DNA of 64,000 nt, from NCBI GenBank assembly GCA_963761335.1, contig CAVXGR010000011.1, forward strand, positions 320,001 through 384,000, written 5' to 3'. This document shows, piece by piece, positions 1-8,011 of this stretch. The stretch is from an uncultured delta proteobacterium (GTDB lineage: Bacteria; Desulfobacterota; Binatia; HRBIN30; BPIQ01). Position 1 is the first letter of the stretch. Every line of letters begins with the position of its first letter. The notes beneath the pieces are model-generated. The model worked only from the letters and a program-made list of their open reading frames with translations. It did no database searches and had not been told where the DNA came from. The position numbers and the translations under genes were made by a program.

Positions 1-568
1 GCAGCTCGGGATCGCGGGAGACGTTGATGAGTGGCTGGCCCAGGAGCGGGCTGCGGGCCGTTCCTCCAAAGAGCTGATCGGCGCGCTGGTTGCTCAGGCG
101 GATGGTGCCGTCGCGGTCGATGACCAGCACCCCCTCCACCATCCCGCGCAGCACCGCCTCCAGCTTGCCCTTCTCCTCGCGCGCCGAGCGGAGCTGCTCG
201 CCGAGGCTGGTGGCCATGGCGGCCAGGTCGGCCTCGAGCCGGCTCACGGTGTCCTCGGCATCGGCGACGGCCGACGCGGGCATCCCCGCGTACGCCACCG
301 CCTTGGAAAACTCGGCGAGCCGCGTCAGGCGCTCGGAGATCCGGCGCGAAACCAGCAGCACCGGCAGCAGCATTGCCGCCGCGGCGATCACCAGGGCGAT
401 CCACATGCCCGCCAGCATGCGGTCGATCACCTCCGCCGAGGTCGGCTCGAGGGAGTAGCTGCGCAGAACCCAGTCGCCGTACGCGAGAAGCCCCGCGGCG
501 ACGATGGCCAGCGTCAGCAGGTAGGGCGCCAGCAGCCGGACGAGAAGTCGATCAGGCTTCCAGCGCAC
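1..568 (-). CDS. phoR: PhoR-like sensor histidine kinase, N-terminal part (TM-HAMP-PAS); runs off the window start
   Basis: Manual translation from GTG at 568: MRWKPDRLLVRLLAPYLLTLAIVAAGLL... (TM), then ...EEKGKLEAVLRGMVEGVLVIDRDGTIRLSNQRA (PAS entry typical of PhoR). Overlaps the phoB stop. Not in the ORF track because it is truncated. Confidence 0.85.
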   Translation of the reverse strand, partial: MRWKPDRLLVRLLAPYLLTLAIVAAGLLAYGDWVLRSYSLEPTSAEVIDRMLAGMWIALVIAAAAMLLPVLLVSRRISERLTRLAEFSKAVAYAGMPASAVADAEDTVSRLEADLAAMATSLGEQLRSAREEKGKLEAVLRGMVEGVLVIDRDGTIRLSNQRADQLFGGTARSPLLGQPLINVSRDPEL

Positions 569-1319
569 GTTCGTTGAACTTGTAACCCACACCGCGCACG
601 GTGACGATCAGCTCCGGGTTGGCATCGTCCCGTTCGATGCGTTTGCGGAGCCGCCGCACGTGAACGTCCACGGTGCGCGGCTCGACGTAGGTGTCCTGCC
701 CCCAGACGAGATCGAGAATCTGCAGGCGATCGTAGACGCGGTTGGGGGAGCGGACGAAGAAGCGCAGCAGCTCGAACTCCCGCAGGGACAGCTCCACCTT
801 GGCGCCGTCCAGAGTCACCTCGTAGGTGTCGAAGTCGATGCACAGGCGCCCCTTCTCGTAGACCTCGTGCGGGCGTTCGAGCTCGCTGCCGTAGGCACGC
901 CGCAGGACGGCGCGCACGCGAGCCACCAGCTCGCGCGGGCTGAACGGCTTGGTGACGTAGTCATCGGCGCCGAGCTCGAGACCGAGAACCCGATCCGGCT
1001 CGGCGGCGCGGGCGGTGAGGATGACGATGGGAATACCGGCCGTCTGCTCGTCGCCGCGCAGCCGGCGACAGATCTCCAGCCCCGGGGTTCCCGGCAGCAT
1101 GAGGTCGAGAACGATCAGCGCCGGCCGCTCACGCCGCACAGCCTGCAAAGCCTTCTCGCCGTCCTCGGCGACGGCCACCGCGAAGCCCTCCTGGGTGAGA
1201 TTGAAGCGCACCAGATCGGCGATGTCGCGCTCGTCCTCGACCACGAGGATGACCTTCTTCTCGCCTTCAGCGGCCGCCACCACCGGTTGTGTCCGCGAGT
1301 TTTCGCGCTTCTGCATCAT
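552..1319 (-). CDS. phoB: OmpR/PhoB-family response regulator (PhoB/PhoP-like)
   Basis: C-terminal part of ORF 552..2219: ILVVEDE, LDLMLPG, GADDYVTKPFSPREL, RTVDVHVRRLR, TVRGVGY. Lies between phoU and phoR. Confidence 0.88.
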   Translation of the reverse strand: MMQKRENSRTQPVVAAAEGEKKVILVVEDERDIADLVRFNLTQEGFAVAVAEDGEKALQAVRRERPALIVLDLMLPGTPGLEICRRLRGDEQTAGIPIVILTARAAEPDRVLGLELGADDYVTKPFSPRELVARVRAVLRRAYGSELERPHEVYEKGRLCIDFDTYEVTLDGAKVELSLREFELLRFFVRSPNRVYDRLQILDLVWGQDTYVEPRTVDVHVRRLRKRIERDDANPELIVTVRGVGYKFNERALEA

Positions 1320-1387
1320 GTCGGCATCACCCCGGGGCTCCTGCCGCGGCGCCACTCGCCGCCGAAGCGGCGAAGCTCGATCGCCTG

Positions 1388-2086
1388 TCAGATCGAGGGC
1401 GGCACGTGATCGAGATGGCGAATGCTCTTCCCCTTCACCATGAACACGACCATCTCGGAGATGTTGGTCGCGTGGTCGGCGATTCGCTCGATGTACTTGG
1501 CGATGAACAGCAGGCGGATGGCACGGCTGATCGTCTGCGGATCCTCCATCATGTACGAGATCAGCTCGCGGAAGAGCTGTCCGTTCAGCTCGTCGATGAT
1601 ATCGTCGTCGCGGCACACCTTGAGGGCCAGCTCGACGTCCTCGCGAACAAAGGCATCGAGGCATTCGCGCAGCATGACCTGCGACACCTCGGACATGCGC
1701 GGGATGTCGATGAAGGGCTTCAGCTGGCTCTCCTGGTTGAGCTCGAGCACCCGCTCGCACATGTTGACGGCCATGTCGCCGATGCGTTCCAGATCGGTGG
1801 TGATCTTCAGCGCCGTGGTGATCAGGCGCAGATCCTTGGCGGCCGGCTGATGCAGGGCGAGCAGGCGGATGCAGAGCTCGTCGATCTCGACGTCCATGCG
1901 GTTGACAGTGTGATCGCGCTCGATGGTCTCGCGCGCCTGATCGTCGTTTCTTTCGACCAGTGCCTCGATCGAGTGGGTGATCTGCTTCTCGACCAGACCG
2001 CCCATCTCGAGGATCTTGAGATGGAGCTCCTTGAGCTCCGCCTCGTAGTGGCGATCGGTATGCTGTCGAAGGTCCAACGGCATCAT
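1388..2086 (-). CDS. phoU: Phosphate signalling complex protein PhoU
   Basis: LALHQPAAKDLR, DLERIGDMAVN and YIERIADHATNISE are the two PhoU repeats. Confidence 0.95.
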   Translation of the reverse strand: MMPLDLRQHTDRHYEAELKELHLKILEMGGLVEKQITHSIEALVERNDDQARETIERDHTVNRMDVEIDELCIRLLALHQPAAKDLRLITTALKITTDLERIGDMAVNMCERVLELNQESQLKPFIDIPRMSEVSQVMLRECLDAFVREDVELALKVCRDDDIIDELNGQLFRELISYMMEDPQTISRAIRLLFIAKYIERIADHATNISEMVVFMVKGKSIRHLDHVPPSI

Positions 2087-2095
2087 CCTTTCCCG

Positions 2096-2124
2096 AGGGT
2101 AATGGGGACGAGGAAAATAAGCAA
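2096..2124 (-). promoter_or_regulatory. Putative sigma-70 promoter for phoU-phoB-phoR
   Basis: Minus strand TTGCTT-N17-TACCCT, 9 nt before the first ATG of phoU. Confidence 0.45.
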
Positions 2125-2272
2125 TCTCCACGCCTCCCCAGAGGAGTCGCCGCAGCTTCACGGAACGGAGGTGCGCCCGTACTCGGCGGCGGCTCGGCCC
2201 GTCGCCCGCCGCGCCCCACCGCTTGCGGCCAAGCTGGCCGCGATCTCCGGGGATGTGCTACTTCCCGTCGCC

Positions 2273-2569
2273 ATGCGCGGCTGCGAGCTTTGCCAGCTGG
2301 CGCGAACGACCAGGTGGTATGCCGAGTTCACCGAGCCGTTTCGCTTTGCGGTGCTCGACTGCGACTCGTGCGAGGTGCCGATGGCCGTCCTCGGCGCACA
2401 CCGCGCCGCGCCCAGCCCCGAAGAGCGCGCCGTCATGCAGGCGGCGCTGGGCCGGATCGCTGATGAGAAGTACCCGCAAGGATGGTTCTTCGACGACCAC
2501 ATGCGGCAGATCCCGGAGCACTACCACCTGCACGCCCGGCCGTACCCGGCGTGGGCGGTGCGGCGGTAG
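2273..2569 (+). CDS. Small HIT-like protein with two CxxC motifs (98 aa)
   Basis: Tail of ORF 1289..2569 from ATG 2273: MRGCELC...CDSC...MRQIPEHYHLHAR (HxHxH triad). Confidence 0.7.
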   Translation: MRGCELCQLARTTRWYAEFTEPFRFAVLDCDSCEVPMAVLGAHRAAPSPEERAVMQAALGRIADEKYPQGWFFDDHMRQIPEHYHLHARPYPAWAVRR

Positions 2570-2619
2570 GACGCCGCAAGGGAGCGGCGCAACCATTCAC
2601 CGGTGGGGTGAAGTTGGCT

Positions 2620-2738
2620 TTGCCCAACGAGTCGAACGGACGGTGCCACCACCGAAGGTTGTTGGGTTGTTGCGTTGTTGGTTGTTGGTAAGAAGGGGTG
2701 AACTGACCCAACAACCGAACACGTAGCAACCAACAACC
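2620..2738. repeat. ~120-bp palindromic (GGTTGTT/AACAACC-rich) element, copy 1; inverted relative to 7281..7400
   Basis: Its reverse complement aligns by eye to 7281..7400 with a long exact core (GGTCAGTTCACCCCTTCTTACCAACAACCAACAACG). Confidence 0.9.
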
Positions 2739-3061
2739 TGACCGCTGGTCTGGCGCCGAAACGGCCTCGCTTCCCCTTGGCGATTCGCCCCTAGACTTGC
2801 GCCCGGCTGCCTGCTACACGGGTTACTTCCCTGGCGGGAGCGAGCGGCGGTGTGCCGCCGGAAATCCGCTCGGGGGTCGGCCCGCGGGCGTGCTTCCATC
2901 TGCTCTCGGTTCATCTTCCAGAATCGCGAGATCGGGTCCTTTGGCCGGGGACGAGAGAGAACAAAGGAGGAGAGTTTGGCAGTTCCATCCAACGTCATCG
3001 AGTGCAGCACGGGGAGCCCGGCGCGCGCGGTTCGCGCGCCTCGCCGCAACGGAGGGTTCCC

Positions 3062-3412
3062 ATGGCAGAGGTAGCGACGAGCGCTCCCGAGCGCAGCGAG
3101 CGCCGGGAGGGGGAGCGTTCCGACCGCCCGGATCGCCCCGATCGGCCGGAACGTTCCGAGCGACGGGGTGAAGGCGGCAGCTACAATCGCCGCGGCCAAG
3201 CTCTGACGGTAGTGGTGGACGATCGCGGCATCGAGGCGGCGCTGCGCGTCTTCAAGAAGCTGGTGATCAAAGAAGGCCTGCTCAAGGACATCAAGCGCCA
3301 CGAGCGCTACGAAAAGCCAGGCGACCGCAAGCGCCGCAAGACGCGGGAAGCGATTCGCCGCCGGCGCCGCCAAGCGGCGCGTACCCGCGGCCGCTTCGGC
3401 GATCGCGAGTAG
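3062..3412 (+). CDS. rpsU: 30S ribosomal protein bS21 with N-terminal low-complexity extension
   Basis: VVVDDRGIEAALRVFKK...EGLLKDIKRHERYEKPGDRKRRK is the S21 signature. GGAGG precedes ATG 3062. Confidence 0.9.
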   Translation: MAEVATSAPERSERREGERSDRPDRPDRPERSERRGEGGSYNRRGQALTVVVDDRGIEAALRVFKKLVIKEGLLKDIKRHERYEKPGDRKRRKTREAIRRRRRQAARTRGRFGDRE

Positions 3413-3493
3413 AGGCGAGCCACCTTCGTGGCGCCGGCGGTGGCGCGCACCTCGAAGGTCAACACAGATCCACGGCCGCCCTCGCGGGCGGCG

Positions 3494-5557
3494 GTGCCGG
3501 CCCACCGCATCGGCATCGACGTCGGCGGCACCTTCACCGACCTGGTCCTGCTCCGTGGAGACGGCTCCACCCGTCTCCACAAGGCGCTCACCACCCCCGA
3601 GGATCAGAGCATCGGGGTGATGAACGGCCTCGCCGGCCTCGCCGCCGAAGAGGGCGAAGCGCTGCCGCCGTTTCTGCGGCGCCTCGGCGTCATCGTGCAC
3701 GGCACCACCACCGCCGACAACACGATGATCACCATGAGCGGCGCCGTCACCGGGCTGCTCACCTCCGCCGGTCACCGCGACGAGATCGAGCTGCGGCGGG
3801 GATTCAAGGAGAGCATCTGGGATCCCGCCTATCCGCCGCCGCCGCCCATCTGTCCGCGCCGGCGGCGTATCGGCGTCCCCGAGCGGCTCGACGCCGACGG
3901 GCGCGTCGTTCAGGCGCTCGACGAGGAGGCGCTGCGACAGGCCTGCCGCCGGCTGCGGGCGCAGAAGGTCGAGTCGCTCGCCATCTGCTTCCTCTTCTCC
4001 TTCCTCAACCCGGCGCACGAGACGCGGGCCGCCGAGATCGCCGCCGAGGAGATGCCCGGAGTCGATCTCAGCATCTCGCACCAGGTACACCCGAGCGCCC
4101 CGGAGTTCGAGCGCACCAGCACGACACTGGTGAACGCCTACGTGGCGCCGCGCATCAAACGCTATCTGCGCCGTCTGCTCGAGCGGCTCCGCCAGGCGGG
4201 GTTCCGCGGCGAGCTGCGCATCATGCAGTCGAACGGCGGCATGATGCCGGTGGAGTACGTCGAGCGCCGCGCCGTCGCCGTCCTCGGCTCGGGTCCCGCG
4301 GGCGGAGTCATCGCCGCCTCCCATCTGGGCGGCGTCTGCGGCGTGCGGGACTTCATCGGCGTCGACATGGGCGGCACCAGCTACGACGTCTCGGTGGTGC
4401 GCGGCGGGCTCGCCGAGGTGAAGGCCGGGTGGAACTGGCACCACCGCTATCTCGTCGCTCTGCCCATGATCGAGGTGTACTCCGTCGGCGCCGGCGGCGG
4501 CTCCGTCGCCCAGGTCCGGGCCGGCTCCCTGCAGGTCGGCCCGGAGAGCGCCGGCGCCGATCCCGGGCCGATCTGTTACGGCCGCGGCGGGCAGCGGCCG
4601 ACGGTCACCGACGCCAACCTGCTGCTCGGCTTCCTCGACCCGAACACCTTCTGCAACGGCGCGCTGCGATTGCAGACGGAAGGGCTGCAAGAGGCGTTTC
4701 GCCGGCAGATCGGACAGCCGCTCGGCCTCGATGCCGTGGAGGCTGCGCACGGCGTCTTTCGCCTGATCAATGCCAACATGACCAACGCCGTGCGCCGCGT
4801 CTCGGCGCAGCGGGGTCTCGATCCACGGGAGATGGCGCTGGTCGTCTTCGGCGGCAACGGCGCCGTGCACGCCGGCATGCAGGCGGCGCAGCTGGGGATA
4901 CGCCAGGTCATCGTGCCGCGCTCCGCCGCGGCGCTCTCCGCCTTCGGGCTCGCCCTCGCCGACGAGGTGATCGACGAGGTGCGCTCCTACGTCCGCCCGG
5001 CGGCACTGGCGCGGCCCGAGGAGATCGAGTCCGCCTTCAATGCTCTCGAACGGCAGGCGCGCAGCGCCTTGGGCCGCCGCGCCGACATTCGTTTCGAGCG
5101 CTTGCTGCATCTCTGCTACCCGGGGCAGACGTTCGACATGGCGGTGCCGCTCGGCGCCAACGGGGCCCGCTTCACGCGCGCCACGCTCGGCGAAACCATC
5201 GAGCGCTTTCACCAGCTACACGAGCAGCTGCATACCTACGCCTCGCGCGACGAGCAGCCGATCGTTCGCAGCGTGCGTCTCAAAGCGACTGCAGCGCGTC
5301 CCAAGCCGCAGCTCTCCCGCTCCGCAATCCGCCGCAGCGCTACGAGGCGCGCCCGGCGCGGCTCCCGCCCCGTCTTCTTCGGCGACCGCTACCGACCGAC
5401 GGCGGTTTACGACGGCACCGCGCTGCGTCCCGGGCATTCGCTCGACGGCCCCGCCATCGTCGAAGAGCGCTTCACCACCGTCGTCCTCTACCCCGGACAT
5501 CGCGCCCGCATCGACGCCTACGGCAACTACCGCATCGCCGTCCCGCCGCCGGGCTGA
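3494..5557 (+). CDS. Hydantoinase/oxoprolinase family protein (HyuA/OplA A-type subunit)
   Basis: RIGIDVGGTFTD, HGTTTADN, EFERTSTTLVNAY, SGPAGG, DMGGTS, GAGGGS, SAGADPGP, TVTDA. Start uncertain (3428 or 3494). Confidence 0.92.
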   Translation: MPAHRIGIDVGGTFTDLVLLRGDGSTRLHKALTTPEDQSIGVMNGLAGLAAEEGEALPPFLRRLGVIVHGTTTADNTMITMSGAVTGLLTSAGHRDEIELRRGFKESIWDPAYPPPPPICPRRRRIGVPERLDADGRVVQALDEEALRQACRRLRAQKVESLAICFLFSFLNPAHETRAAEIAAEEMPGVDLSISHQVHPSAPEFERTSTTLVNAYVAPRIKRYLRRLLERLRQAGFRGELRIMQSNGGMMPVEYVERRAVAVLGSGPAGGVIAASHLGGVCGVRDFIGVDMGGTSYDVSVVRGGLAEVKAGWNWHHRYLVALPMIEVYSVGAGGGSVAQVRAGSLQVGPESAGADPGPICYGRGGQRPTVTDANLLLGFLDPNTFCNGALRLQTEGLQEAFRRQIGQPLGLDAVEAAHGVFRLINANMTNAVRRVSAQRGLDPREMALVVFGGNGAVHAGMQAAQLGIRQVIVPRSAAALSAFGLALADEVIDEVRSYVRPAALARPEEIESAFNALERQARSALGRRADIRFERLLHLCYPGQTFDMAVPLGANGARFTRATLGETIERFHQLHEQLHTYASRDEQPIVRSVRLKATAARPKPQLSRSAIRRSATRRARRGSRPVFFGDRYRPTAVYDGTALRPGHSLDGPAIVEERFTTVVLYPGHRARIDAYGNYRIAVPPPG

Positions 5558-5821
5558 GTCGCCGGCCGCTCGGCGCTCTAACACTTCGCACAACACGCAC
5601 GCTAAACGCCATGCGAGATGGCGTGCATATCCGCCATTTAGCGTCGATGTCAAGTCAGTCGCTGTGTCAGAGGCGCGAAAACACAAAAGAAAACCCGCAT
5701 TTGGCCGCCTATTCGTCTTGACGACCAAGACCCCGCGGGTCATTAATGAGTCACTGCAGCAACGCGGACGCACAAATCGGCGGTGGGGTGGGCGCTGCGA
5801 GCGGTTTGATTCTGGTTTCCC

Positions 5822-7204
5822 GTGGAAGACGCCGCAACCCTGATCGTCTCATCCGACCCTTCCGAGCGCACTGCGTATTCGAGCTGGCTGCGCGACGAGG
5901 GCTACCGCGTCGTCGAGGCGAAGTCTGGCGCCGATGCCATCGCCCAGCACCGCCGCGCCTCCTTCCCTTTGACGCTTTCCGAGCTGAAGGCGCCCACCAT
6001 CGATGGCGTCGAGCTCATCCGCTCGGTGCGCGACATCAATCCCGAGGCGGAGCTGCTGATCGTGAGCAGCGGCGAGTCGGTACCCTCGGCGGTGGCGGCG
6101 ATGAAGGCCGGCGCCGCCGACCTGCTGCTCAAGCCGCTGACCCGCGACATCCTCCTCGAGTCGATCCGCAAGATCGGTACACTGCACGAGGTCCTCCAGG
6201 AGAACCGCAGGCTGCGCGACGAGCTTCACCGCCAGTACGACTTCTCGCACATCGTGGCGCACTCGCCGCAGATGCTGCACATTCTCTCGCTCGCCGGACG
6301 GGTGGCGCCGCGTGACACCTCCGTCCTGATCACCGGAGACAGCGGCACCGGCAAGGAGCTGCTGGCGCGCGCCATCCACGTCAACAGCTCCCGGGCGCAC
6401 CGCCCGCTGGTGTCGATCAACTGCGCGGCGATCCCCGAGCCGCTGCTGGAGAGCGAGCTGTTCGGCTACCGGCGCGGCGCCTTCACCGGCGCCAACGCCG
6501 ACAAGCCGGGCCTGCTGGCGAGCGCCAACGGCGGCACGCTCTTTCTCGACGAGATCGCCGAGCTGCCGCTGATCACCCAGGCGAAGCTGCTGCGCTTTCT
6601 CCAGGAAGGCACGTACTTCCCCTTGGGCAGTGTGCAGCCGAGCGGCGCCGACGTGCGCGTGCTGGCGGCCACCAATGCACCTCTTCTGCAGCGCGTCGAG
6701 CTCGGCCTCTTCCGGCGCGATCTCTACTACCGCCTCTCGGTCTTTCCGCTGCACATGGCGCCGTTGCGCGAGAGACCCGAGGACATCGTGCCGCTGGCGC
6801 AGAACTTCCTGCGCCAGATCGGCGCCAAGGTGGGAAAGAAGGTCCCCGGCTTGTCTCGTGAGGTGGTGAGCTACCTGACGACGCGGCCGTGGCCGGGAAA
6901 CGTCCGCGAGCTGCAGAACAGCGTCGAGAGGGCGGTCATCGTCAGCGCCGGGAACCTGCTCACCTCCGCCGATTTCCGCCTGCTCGAGGGCGACACCGCC
7001 GCCCAGGAGGAGCGCCAGCTGCAACGTCTCCCCGACGACGGCATCGATCTGAGCCATCTGAACCGCACGCTCGTCGAGCAGGCACTGGAGCGCACCAACT
7101 ACAACGTCTCCGCGGCGGCGCGCCTGCTGCAGCTGCGCCGCCCGGCGCTGCGTTACCGCATGAAGAAGTATGGTCTCGACCGCCGCCGCCCAGCGGGCAG
7201 CTGA
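5822..7204 (+). CDS. Sigma-54-dependent (NtrC-family) regulator: receiver + AAA+ + Fis HTH
   Basis: [38 protein letters not shown]-terminal AARLL HTH. Confidence 0.93.
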   Translation: MEDAATLIVSSDPSERTAYSSWLRDEGYRVVEAKSGADAIAQHRRASFPLTLSELKAPTIDGVELIRSVRDINPEAELLIVSSGESVPSAVAAMKAGAADLLLKPLTRDILLESIRKIGTLHEVLQENRRLRDELHRQYDFSHIVAHSPQMLHILSLAGRVAPRDTSVLITGDSGTGKELLARAIHVNSSRAHRPLVSINCAAIPEPLLESELFGYRRGAFTGANADKPGLLASANGGTLFLDEIAELPLITQAKLLRFLQEGTYFPLGSVQPSGADVRVLAATNAPLLQRVELGLFRRDLYYRLSVFPLHMAPLRERPEDIVPLAQNFLRQIGAKVGKKVPGLSREVVSYLTTRPWPGNVRELQNSVERAVIVSAGNLLTSADFRLLEGDTAAQEERQLQRLPDDGIDLSHLNRTLVEQALERTNYNVSAAARLLQLRRPALRYRMKKYGLDRRRPAGS

Positions 7205-7248
7205 ACGAGCCCTCGATGCCAGGGGTTGAAATCGGCGGCACGCGCGCC

Positions 7249-7400
7249 TTGCCCAACGGGATGCCCGTTGACTGCGGGCCGGTTGTTGGTTGCTGCGTTG
7301 TTAGGGTGTTAGGTCAGTTCACCCCTTCTTACCAACAACCAACAACGTAACCACCCAACAACCTTCGGTGGCGGCACCGTGGGCTCGATTCGTTGGGCAA
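7249..7400. repeat. Palindromic element copy 2, bounded by a 10-bp inverted repeat
   Basis: 7281..7400 matches the reverse complement of 2620..2738. TTGCCCAACG (7249) and CGTTGGGCAA (7391-7400) are inverted. Confidence 0.85.
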
Positions 7401-7555
7401 TGCCGGTTGAAATCCCCCGCTAGGGTGCCCCCCCGGGTGGCAAATCGGCGCTCGCGCGTCGAAAAACTGGCGCAGCAGCCGTGTCGGATGCTGTGTACTC
7501 CGACAAATTCGCTCGTAAATTCGCGGTCCAGAAGGATCTGATCGCGACGGATGAT

Positions 7556-7582
7556 CATTTGCTCAAATCTCTTGAGCAAATG
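7556..7582. promoter_or_regulatory. Perfect 11-bp inverted repeat, candidate activator-binding site
   Basis: CATTTGCTCAA-ATCTC-TTGAGCAAATG, AT-rich, upstream of the polysaccharide operon. Confidence 0.55.
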
Positions 7583-7650
7583 GTTCAGCCGTTTCCGCCA
7601 CCCGTGCCCCTTCTCCCGCCGCCGTCCGCCGCCGCCGCCGAGATTGCCCC

Positions 7651-7666
7651 TGGACTGATTCTTGAT
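7651..7666 (+). promoter_or_regulatory. Candidate sigma-54 (-24/-12) promoter for the polysaccharide operon
   Basis: TGGACTGATTCTTGAT has correct TGG-N8-TTG spacing but A instead of C at -12. Confidence 0.35.
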
Positions 7667-7750
7667 GTGGCTCCGCAGTGGAATGCAACGGGGGCAAATG
7701 TCCGAACAAACAGACGGCGCCAACAAACGAGAAGGGTCCAGGGGGTAACG

Positions 7751-8011
7751 ATGAGCCAGGGAGCACTCGAAGCGGCACTTGGCCGGTTGATCTGCGATGA
7801 CACCTTCCGGCGCGACTTCTACAGGGACGCCGAGGTCGCTGCGGCACAGGCCGGGTTTCGGCTGACCTGGGTCGAGCTGGGCAGTCTGCGCAACATCGAC
7901 CTGCAGGCCGTCGAACGGTTCGTCACCAACATCGACGACCGCATCCGGCGCGCCGAGGAGCGCCTGTCGCAAGCCAACCGCGTCAAGCTGGTGAGGAGTG
8001 AGAAGCGATGA
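7751..8011 (+). CDS. Small NHLP/Os1348-like (RiPP-leader-like) protein, 86 aa
   Basis: MSQGALEAALGRLICDDTFRRDF...AGFRLTWVELGSL resembles the GR..D..FR..F...L..E leader motif. Its stop overlaps the wza ATG. Confidence 0.65.
   Translation: MSQGALEAALGRLICDDTFRRDFYRDAEVAAAQAGFRLTWVELGSLRNIDLQAVERFVTNIDDRIRRAEERLSQANRVKLVRSEKR

Noticed and set aside
1320..2219. Long N-terminal extensions of track ORFs such as 552..2219, 18982..21738, 21880..24546, 26410..29118 and 32044..34530
   Set aside because: High-GC open frames overlapping real upstream genes; starts were reassigned to where family motifs begin.
5600..5750. Palindrome CGCCAT-N5-ATGGCG and TTGACG-N17-CATTAA upstream of the sigma-54 regulator
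   Set aside because: The arms are short and the -10 match is poor; not enough support to call.
7236..7252. CGGCACGCGCGCCTTGC as a sigma-54 promoter
   Set aside because: GG-to-GC spacing is 2 nt longer than the strict -24/-12 requirement. TGGCACG at ~37894 on the minus strand fails the same way.
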